The notes under the pieces were generated by a model. It did no database searches. It was not told where the DNA came from and worked only from the letters and a program-made list of their open reading frames with translations. 64,000 nt of DNA from positions 2,634 to 66,633 of the IMG/VR virus record IMGVR_UViG_3300042154_000577; one strand, written 5' to 3'. Below, piece by piece: positions 37,035-44,012 of the stretch. The stretch is from a virus. The position numbers and the translations under genes are program-made. How positions within the stretch are numbered: the stretch's first letter is position 1; each line of letters starts with the position of its first letter.

Positions 37035-39169
37035 TACCCGCCCCTACGTCCGTCAGCGCGTGTATCAATCCGAGGAGACCCCATCTGCCACTGAGTACCC
37101 AACGTGTTGCAAGCAATCTTCATAGACATCTGGCGTCCACGTACACGGATGTTTAACTGACCGGTAAAGGTGTCTAAGTCAATTGGGTATGTCTGCGTAG
37201 CCGTAACAGTTTGCGTGCCTGTGGCGCTCGTCCCGCCAATAGAGATTGGGTTGTTGTAACCTGAGCCTGAGTTTTGCAGCGGCAAAAGTTGGATTGTCAA
37301 GCTAGGTGTTGTCCCGTCCGTGGAGCCATTAAAGGTCAGGTCAGGCAACATGCGCCACACAAACGCAAAGTTGTTACCGTCACCAATATCAAACTGAGCG
37401 CTTGTGATGAAAGAGTCCATTGCCACGGGGGTTCCCGTAGTGTTGTCGTCCACATCGTACTCGTGGTTTACGATGTTTCCTGTACCCGCATCCGCGTCGT
37501 ATGTTGCAGCCAGCGGGTAGTTCCGCAGTCCCGTGTCCAGCCATGCAGGACGCTTTATACTGCCGTAGTACCAGCAATTTTCGAGGTAGTTGTAGACAAC
37601 GTACCGGTCATTTTCGTTTGAGTCGGCGGTGCAGTAGAACCACCACACCTCATTAAAGCCTTCGTTGGTACTGGCAAAAACTTGGTCGAACTGACTCCGA
37701 TTGATATCGTTGTATATGAACCTAAGAAGGTCGCAGTTCAGCGTTTGTATGCGCCCGTCGTACTTGTAGAACTTGTCTACGCCCATCCAGTAGGTCACCC
37801 CAGAAGCCAACGCCGCTGCGTTGGGGCCTGCAATAGACACGTTATCCCCAAGCAGCGTTGTACCCCATACATACGGAGGGCCAAGGTACTGCATTGAGTA
37901 GAGCGTAGAGTCCGTCCATACCAAGATTTCCTGCCGACTTTGCATCGCAGTGACAATCCTTGACCCGTGTGACAGCCGTATGCTGCCTGCTTGGTTAGTG
38001 ACTGCGGGGGCCCATTCTGTCACGGACTCTTGATCACTCCACCGGATCAGCATTGGGTCAAAAGTTGTGGAGAGGTAGTCGTTGGTCCCAAAGCAGATAA
38101 CAAACCGGCTGGTGTCTGAAACCAGAAAGTAGTTTTGCGTCAGCGGCGTGCTTGAAGCCCCGGCCAAAGCAGAGATCGCTACCCCCCGAGGGGAGATACT
38201 GTGCACACCGGACTGGGAACCAGAAGTCGTAATCAGAGCGCCCGTAGGTGTAGCTGACAAGTTAAAAACTGTTGGTGTTGCAGTGGTTCGAACGTAGTAA
38301 ACCGTGCCGGGGAGCAACCCTGTCGGCAACGCCCCGGTAGTCTGCAACGTAATGGGGGTAAGGTTAAGTAAGGTCAGCGTAGAGGTAACAGCACCGGGCA
38401 CGGCAATAGTTATAGTCGCTGTTGTTGGCGCATACCCAACCGTTGCATCCCAATAATACAGAGCCCCGCCACGAGGGCCGTAGATAAGGTTTTGACCAAA
38501 GTTGTTCTGATTCCAAATAGCCAAAGGCACCGTCGTAGTAGTGGTTGCGCCGCTGGTGCCCCACACTCCAGAACCCCACGTACCTGCGCCCCACCCAAAC
38601 AACGGCACAACCACAGAGGGGCTTGCGCTGAGTTGGTAGCTAGCGTAGACCGTACCACCAGCCGGGACCGTAACTGTTGATGTTGCGTTTGAAGAAGCCG
38701 TGATTGTGTAGCTGCCAGAAACTACGGTCTTGATCTGATACTCACCGCTGATCGTAAGCCCACCAACAGCCACGCCGCCGTTAAACGTCACAAAACTGTT
38801 AACTGCGTACCCACCAAGCCCATCAGTAACCGTAACTGTTGGGGAGCCTGATACTGTTGTAAAAGGGTTCGTCAGCGTACGCGCAGTAACAATAGGTGTG
38901 ATGTCGTAGTAAGTGCCTTGGTCCTCAATGTAGAACTTTAGGTTGGTGCCAATGCCCAGCAGGTTTTGCGATGCAAGCGTTACCCAGTTCCACAGGGAAC
39001 GGCAGACGCCCAGAAAGTAGTTGGCTGAAATCCGAGCCCAACCACCAATCTTCTCAGGTGTGCCTTGGCGAAAGCGAACTAGATTTGACTCGTAGTAACC
39101 ACCCTCATTGGTCAGGCGCGTATTTTCACGATTTACCCCCGGCCTTAGTGTGATGCGTTGCAATGGCAT
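37034..39169 (-). CDS. Tail nozzle / stabilization protein (P22 gp10 or T7 gp12 analogue)
   Basis: 711 aa, beta-rich, IRWSDQE, EVWWFY; position. Confidence 0.75.
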   Translation of the reverse strand: MPLQRITLRPGVNRENTRLTNEGGYYESNLVRFRQGTPEKIGGWARISANYFLGVCRSLWNWVTLASQNLLGIGTNLKFYIEDQGTYYDITPIVTARTLTNPFTTVSGSPTVTVTDGLGGYAVNSFVTFNGGVAVGGLTISGEYQIKTVVSGSYTITASSNATSTVTVPAGGTVYASYQLSASPSVVVPLFGWGAGTWGSGVWGTSGATTTTTVPLAIWNQNNFGQNLIYGPRGGALYYWDATVGYAPTTATITIAVPGAVTSTLTLLNLTPITLQTTGALPTGLLPGTVYYVRTTATPTVFNLSATPTGALITTSGSQSGVHSISPRGVAISALAGASSTPLTQNYFLVSDTSRFVICFGTNDYLSTTFDPMLIRWSDQESVTEWAPAVTNQAGSIRLSHGSRIVTAMQSRQEILVWTDSTLYSMQYLGPPYVWGTTLLGDNVSIAGPNAAALASGVTYWMGVDKFYKYDGRIQTLNCDLLRFIYNDINRSQFDQVFASTNEGFNEVWWFYCTADSNENDRYVVYNYLENCWYYGSIKRPAWLDTGLRNYPLAATYDADAGTGNIVNHEYDVDDNTTGTPVAMDSFITSAQFDIGDGNNFAFVWRMLPDLTFNGSTDGTTPSLTIQLLPLQNSGSGYNNPISIGGTSATGTQTVTATQTYPIDLDTFTGQLNIRVRGRQMSMKIACNTLGTQWQMGSPRIDTRADGRRGG

Positions 39170-39177
39170 GGTATAAT
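39169..39177 (+). promoter_or_regulatory. Extended -10 promoter for the GIY-YIG gene
   Basis: TGGTATAAT; no clear -35. Confidence 0.55.
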
Positions 39178-39196
39178 CTTTATGAAGGAGGCTTTT

Positions 39197-39895
39197 ATGT
39201 CACACTATGTATACGTATGGTACAAACCCGATGGGACACCATTTTACGTTGGTATTGGGAAAACGGCAATTCGTTGGAACCCTAACAGACCTTGGAGCCA
39301 ACGCAATCGTTTTTGTAGGGCGGTACTCAACAAGTACGGGCGCAAAAATATTCTTTTTAGTGTCTTCGGGGTGGCATCACTGTTCTCTGCATATAGGTAT
39401 GAACGGGTTTTGATCAATCGACTGGGACGCGCTGACCTTGGGCTGGGGCCACTAACCAATATTACGGCTGGGGGCGAAGGGTCTACCGAACTTGGGGACT
39501 CCGCAAGAAAAGTTTTGCGAGACAAATGGGCCAATAACACCGCAAGAAAAGAACAACTATCTACACAAAGCCGTTCTAGGGAAAATAAAGAACGTGCAGT
39601 GCGTCGAGCCGCTGATCCAAACGATGCTTTTGCGAAGCACGGCGCGGTTACTTGTGCGTTAATAAATTCCGATGCGGAGTTAACCCAGCGTCGTGTAAAT
39701 GCATTGCGTTTGTCTAGTGCGGCCATAAGTAAAGGTGTTATAGCCTCAATGGAAGCTAGATTAAAAACAATGCAAACGCCAGAAGTACAAGCAAAACTCA
39801 AAGCCCCCAAAACCGCAGAACACAAAGCAAGGTTGTCGGAAAGTAAAAAAGCATATTGGGCTAAACGAAAGCTCGCGTCCCAGAACGGTCAATGA
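39197..39895 (+). CDS. GIY-YIG homing-endonuclease-like protein, antisense to late genes
   Basis: YVYVW..PDGTPFYVGIG...R; LTNITAGGEG; EHKARLSES (NUMOD3-like); AAGGAGG RBS. Confidence 0.85.
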   Translation: MSHYVYVWYKPDGTPFYVGIGKTAIRWNPNRPWSQRNRFCRAVLNKYGRKNILFSVFGVASLFSAYRYERVLINRLGRADLGLGPLTNITAGGEGSTELGDSARKVLRDKWANNTARKEQLSTQSRSRENKERAVRRAADPNDAFAKHGAVTCALINSDAELTQRRVNALRLSSAAISKGVIASMEARLKTMQTPEVQAKLKAPKTAEHKARLSESKKAYWAKRKLASQNGQ

Positions 39896-40289
39896 TAAGC
39901 GCCTGTCGGCGTGGAAGTGCTGCTGCGGTGTTGGGGATACTGATGTGCGTCCAAGCGTCAAACTCACGGATGATCTGGTCAAAGTACAGCCCGTGGCCCA
40001 TGATAGCGCGTACAACTTGGTCAGGCGTCATGCCGGGTACACGGATGTCAGCAGCGCAGCCTAACCTATGCTGGCTGGTGTCTTTACTGCCCACCGAGTC
40101 ATTGACCTGCTTAGACCTGAAGGCTGAGTTCACCATGATTGGCTTGCCGTCGAGCTTGGCCTTCACCAACTCCAGAAACTGTGCCAGCCGGGTCAGGTTG
40201 GCAATCTCGTCGGCGTTGGGTGTGTTGTCAAACTGCCGGTGGCTTGTCGTCGTCAGTTCTTCAAGCGTGAAATGGGGCGTGAGGTTCAC
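39861..40289 (-). CDS. Endolysin, peptidase M15A family
   Basis: HFTLEEL, SAFRS..VN..VG, SQH..G.AADI, WTHIS. Confidence 0.9.
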   Translation of the reverse strand: MNLTPHFTLEELTTTSHRQFDNTPNADEIANLTRLAQFLELVKAKLDGKPIMVNSAFRSKQVNDSVGSKDTSQHRLGCAADIRVPGMTPDQVVRAIMGHGLYFDQIIREFDAWTHISIPNTAAALPRRQALIIDRSGTRAFV

Positions 40290-40789
40290 CGCATCTCCTT
40301 TGCCATCTCAGCCATTTTGTCGGTCTTATCCTGACTGCTCTTGCTCGTACCGTAGAAGAAGTTCATGAACGTGGCGACGATTGTGCCCAGCAGGAACCCA
40401 AGGATGGTGTCGGCAAAGCGGACGTTTTGCTCTGGGATGGTGGCGAAGGTGATGAAGCCGATGTAAACAACCGCGCACACTGACCAGAAGGCAGCGAAGT
40501 AGTAGATGAACCGCTTGGAGAACACATCCGACTGAGCCAGCGCAGCGGTCTGCATGTCCCGCGCTCCCTTGACGTTCTCAAGGTGCAGCTTGGCGTACTC
40601 AAGGTCTAGTTCCCGCAGCTTTTCTTCTGCCTTGGGGTCACCCGCAATAGCCTGTGCTACAGCAGCTACAGAGTCCTCGACGCCAAACTTCTTTGCAATC
40701 ATCGACACCGCCGCGCCACCAAGGGGGCCAGCTACCGCAGTAGCAATGGCAGGGGCAAAGCCTTTGAGTAGGTTAAATAGTTGATCCAT
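40286..40789 (-). CDS. Holin-like membrane protein
   Basis: Two C-terminal TMs ending FFYGTS; adjacent to endolysin. Confidence 0.7.
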   Translation of the reverse strand: MDQLFNLLKGFAPAIATAVAGPLGGAAVSMIAKKFGVEDSVAAVAQAIAGDPKAEEKLRELDLEYAKLHLENVKGARDMQTAALAQSDVFSKRFIYYFAAFWSVCAVVYIGFITFATIPEQNVRFADTILGFLLGTIVATFMNFFYGTSKSSQDKTDKMAEMAKEMR

Positions 40790-41244
40790 TATTTCTCCAA
40801 TAAAAATGACAAGTTTGCATGGCGAGGATACTGCACCACTCGCTCACCCTCTGGGCATTTGTACTTAATCGTCGCCAGCAGAGTAGCTGCACCCGGCGCA
40901 ATCTTCTCTTTTCGCACCATTGCCAATTGATAGGTAAAAGTGTCAATCTCTGGCCCTGCGGGGCCGCTAAATTTACTTGCAGTGGTGGTTGCCTCATGCA
41001 CCATGCCCGATGCGTCACGGACGCTGGGGGTAAAACTTTCCACTGAGCAGTCGTCGCGCTTTTTGACCCGCGCAACAGTGACGTTGATAGGCTTTCCTGC
41101 TTCCGCTACGATTTTGAAATGCTCTGGATGCCACTCAAGAATAGCCCTGTCAAACCATCCGAACTTATCGGCAAGGGTGTAACCGCCGCCGATAGCTGCA
41201 ATGCTGGCTGCGACTGCTCCGATGGCTTTGGTCAGGTCAATCAT
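40789..41244 (-). CDS. Membrane-anchored beta-rich protein
   Basis: N-terminal hydrophobic segment, two Cys; lysis region. Confidence 0.7.
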   Translation of the reverse strand: MIDLTKAIGAVAASIAAIGGGYTLADKFGWFDRAILEWHPEHFKIVAEAGKPINVTVARVKKRDDCSVESFTPSVRDASGMVHEATTTASKFSGPAGPEIDTFTYQLAMVRKEKIAPGAATLLATIKYKCPEGERVVQYPRHANLSFLLEK

Positions 41245-41393
41245 TTGTCTTTTCGGTTGAACAACTCAAACAAGGTCTTGATCTTCTCCTCTAAGACTGC
41301 CACTCGCAAGTCCAGCTTGCTCAAAACGATGATAAGCGTGATCAACGCCAGCAGTATCGGCCAGCTTTTTGAAAGCAAGTCGAAGAGTTCCAT
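41241..41393 (-). CDS. Small TM + coiled-coil protein (50 aa)
   Basis: Manual translation MELFDLLSKSWPILLALITLIIVLSKLDLRVAVLEEKIK...KDK*; ATGA overlap. Confidence 0.75.
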   Translation of the reverse strand: MELFDLLSKSWPILLALITLIIVLSKLDLRVAVLEEKIKTLFELFNRKDK

Positions 41394-41398
41394 ACGCC

Positions 41399-41683
41399 CT
41401 ATGCGGGCCAGCGGGCCTTGATTTCAGCTACCTTGGCAAGCCAGTCCGCTTGTGTAGCTTCACCGCGCTGGGACATGAAGAAGATTGGGTCCGACTCAGC
41501 AACGTAGGCGGCATGGCGCATGGCGCTGTAGTCGATTGGTAACGGCGGGTCGGCAGGCTCGGGCGTATTGCCTTCTGCTAGCCATGCTAGGTACTGTTGG
41601 TAGTCGGTGTTGCCAGAGTCGGCGGGGATAATGGCTCCATCCGTGGTTCGGATGATTTCAGTGTTGGCAGTTAGTTTGTACAT
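41399..41683 (-). CDS. Tail-fibre-associated small protein
   Basis: [26 protein letters not shown]; W...V..IKARWP; follows a fibre gene. Confidence 0.75.
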   Translation of the reverse strand: MYKLTANTEIIRTTDGAIIPADSGNTDYQQYLAWLAEGNTPEPADPPLPIDYSAMRHAAYVAESDPIFFMSQRGEATQADWLAKVAEIKARWPA

Positions 41684-41686
41684 GGT

Positions 41687-43090
41687 TTATAACTCGGCTG
41701 AAAGACTGCTGTTGGCGGAAACTGCAAAATCGAACGAACCCGTCGCGGTTACAGTGGCGCCAAAGGTGGCCCCAGACGTTGTGATATTGCCTAAAACCGC
41801 GCCAGTTGTGTTGGTTTGACTGTATGTTGCAGTAACCGTCGGGGCAACTCGCATGGGGGGCCAAGTCGTTGAGATGTTCACATTTTGAGTGCCGCCACCT
41901 ACATAACCCTGATACCGCGTTAGCGGGGCTGGCTGGTAATACCGCTGACACAACGCAAACTCCAGCCCGTAGGTCCGCTGTTCAAACGTGGTGGCGACGG
42001 AGCCGAGTTCGAGCTGGGTGCCTGTGATGGCAAAGATGTTGCCAATGGTGTCGAGGCAGTTGACTTGGCTTGCAGTTGCTCGAAAATTTCCGGTCTGCCA
42101 AGCATTAGCGGTTGTTTGGTATGTGGACCCTGCGGCGAGTGTCCAACCGACGTACACCCCAGCGCCGTTCGTTACGTTCCAAGTGCCTGTTGACGATAGC
42201 CCACCGTTCACCGTAAGTGTTTTGAACTCCCAAGTATTTGCAACACTTACGGTGTACTCCAAGATATAAGAACGGTCGAGATCACCATTCGCTAGAAAAA
42301 CGCAATGGGTGCCGGTTTTACTACTGCGAACCCAGAACGATAGCGTAAAAGTACGAATAAACAAATCGCGGGCGTTGTAACCCTCGATAACTTGCCGTAA
42401 AAAAGCCAGTTGCCCTGCCGCAATACTGGCGTCTGCAGTGGTAACCGCAACGCGAGAACTGATGTCAAATTGTTGTGCTGCGGGTACGTCGGTCTGGTTT
42501 GAAACCGTAACTACAGCATCCGAGGTTGCTTCATACGCCAAACGGTCAGCCGCATATGTTCCAGAAGTTGCCGCCGGAAAATTTGTTCCCCGTTGGGCAA
42601 TTGCCATGCCCCCATTTATTAAATGGTTCCGCAAGCCCGCAAGTTGGCCGCTGTTGACGCTGCTGACGTTGATCGTGTCAAAAGCGACGATGACATTGGT
42701 GCCATCGGAGTACAGCAGCATAGTAGCGCCGTTGGGGACCTCAATGCCAGTTCCCGCCGAAGTCTTGACCGTTACCGAGAAGCCGCCCGTTGTGGCGTTC
42801 TTGACGATGTACATCTTGGACGTACTGGGGACGATGATGTTCCGAGCAGCAGTCAAAGTCAGTGACGAAGGGACTAACAGCGCCATGTACCGGGCTTCGT
42901 TGGCAGCATTGCCATTGCCGTTGGTTAGCGTGTAGTTGGCATCGGTCATCGAGGTCAGGGACACCGTGCCCGAAACCGACTGATCTACCAGCGAGGTGAT
43001 CTGGTCATTGACAACATCACCCCACGTACCGGACTCTGTTCCCGTGGTGGGAAGGCCCAGTTTTAGGTTACTTGTGTACGTTACGGCCAT
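41687..43090 (-). CDS. Tail fibre / receptor-binding protein
   Basis: ESGTWG anchor; RNHLINGGM.IAQRG...QLELGSVAT.FE.R...E..LCQRYY. Confidence 0.85.
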   Translation of the reverse strand: MAVTYTSNLKLGLPTTGTESGTWGDVVNDQITSLVDQSVSGTVSLTSMTDANYTLTNGNGNAANEARYMALLVPSSLTLTAARNIIVPSTSKMYIVKNATTGGFSVTVKTSAGTGIEVPNGATMLLYSDGTNVIVAFDTINVSSVNSGQLAGLRNHLINGGMAIAQRGTNFPAATSGTYAADRLAYEATSDAVVTVSNQTDVPAAQQFDISSRVAVTTADASIAAGQLAFLRQVIEGYNARDLFIRTFTLSFWVRSSKTGTHCVFLANGDLDRSYILEYTVSVANTWEFKTLTVNGGLSSTGTWNVTNGAGVYVGWTLAAGSTYQTTANAWQTGNFRATASQVNCLDTIGNIFAITGTQLELGSVATTFEQRTYGLEFALCQRYYQPAPLTRYQGYVGGGTQNVNISTTWPPMRVAPTVTATYSQTNTTGAVLGNITTSGATFGATVTATGSFDFAVSANSSLSAEL

Positions 43091-43171
43091 GTGTTACTCC
43101 TAGTAATGGCGTTCTGCTACGCCGGTCAATTCTATACCACAACTTCTTCCCAAGCGGGGGCATTTTCCATG

Positions 43172-43432
43172 TCAGTACCCCGACTTAGCCCTAGCCTCTA
43201 CCTCGTAGGGGCTGTTGATGTAGCCGTAGCGCAGCAGGTACCAGAAAATCTTGACCGTCCATTTGATAGCCCCGTCCCGCTCGATCTGCTCACAATGCAC
43301 CGCCTCGTGGGCGGCGAGTGGGTAGTTGTTTTCCTGTCCGGGTCGGCAGTAGGCGGTCTTCCACGGCATCGTGATTGCCAACGAGTTGCTGGCTTTCAGG
43401 AACCACAGAACGGGGAACGGGGCAGTTTTCAT
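43172..43432 (-). CDS. Small zincin-like protein (DUF4157-like)
   Basis: AIT, HEAVH..Q, PYEVEAR. Confidence 0.7.
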   Translation of the reverse strand: MKTAPFPVLWFLKASNSLAITMPWKTAYCRPGQENNYPLAAHEAVHCEQIERDGAIKWTVKIFWYLLRYGYINSPYEVEARAKSGY

Positions 43433-43656
43433 ACAGCTTCGGCTTCGACTTTTTCAGTGGTTGCCAGCGCCTCTTTAAGCAGCTTGAAGAACGAATCTTT
43501 GCCGACTTGAAGTTGCTGAAGCTGAAACTGCGTCGAGCCGATCTTGCGATCCAAGTCGATGGTGTGGTTCAGCAACAAGATTTGCTGCTCCGTAAAAGTG
43601 TTGGCGTCATGCTCAACATTATCTATCGTGACGATCTGGGGCTTTTTGGTTTCCAT
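43429..43656 (-). CDS. Small coiled-coil protein
   Basis: AAGGA RBS; 75 aa. Confidence 0.75.
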   Translation of the reverse strand: METKKPQIVTIDNVEHDANTFTEQQILLLNHTIDLDRKIGSTQFQLQQLQVGKDSFFKLLKEALATTEKVEAEAV

Positions 43657-43675
43657 TTCGTTTTCCTTTCAGTGT

Positions 43676-43703
43676 GCTGCCAGAAGCGGGTGGCAGCGTC
43701 CCG
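43676..43703 (-). ncRNA. Candidate H-type pseudoknot in an intergenic leader
   Basis: CGGG-AC-GCUGCCA-CCCG-CUUC-UGGCAGC. Confidence 0.5.
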
Positions 43704-44012
43704 TTATGCGGCCCAAGGAAGGGGTGGGGTCACCACAGGTGGGTTGATCTGGTTGTCAAGCTGCTGCTGCACAGCGGCCTCGGTAGCGTCTTTGTCCACG
43801 CCGTTGTCCCAAATCCAGCCCAGCACTTGCTCTTGCGTCAATTGATCGTAGGGCGTGAAGGTGCCGGTGGGCGTAGGCACAGAGCAGGTGGAGTAGATGC
43901 TGCTGGTGTAGGTGCCGTCAGTGCCAGAGCAAGTCCAATGGCAAACGATTACGGTGTCGGGGTTCTGCTCAGTGGTTGAGCAGTTCATTGCGGTGATTGT
44001 CCAAGTGATCAT
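43704..44012 (-). CDS. Conserved tail-fibre-adjacent protein
   Basis: FTPYDQLTQEQVLGW...PLPW. Confidence 0.8.
   Translation of the reverse strand: MITWTITAMNCSTTEQNPDTVIVCHWTCSGTDGTYTSSIYSTCSVPTPTGTFTPYDQLTQEQVLGWIWDNGVDKDATEAAVQQQLDNQINPPVVTPPLPWAA

Noticed and set aside
43091-43171. Promoter or hairpin upstream of the second fibre gene
   Set aside because: Only a weak -10-like sequence and a 5-bp stem
43657-43706. Stop-codon readthrough driven by the pseudoknot
   Set aside because: Downstream gene is out of frame and there is no spacer after the stop
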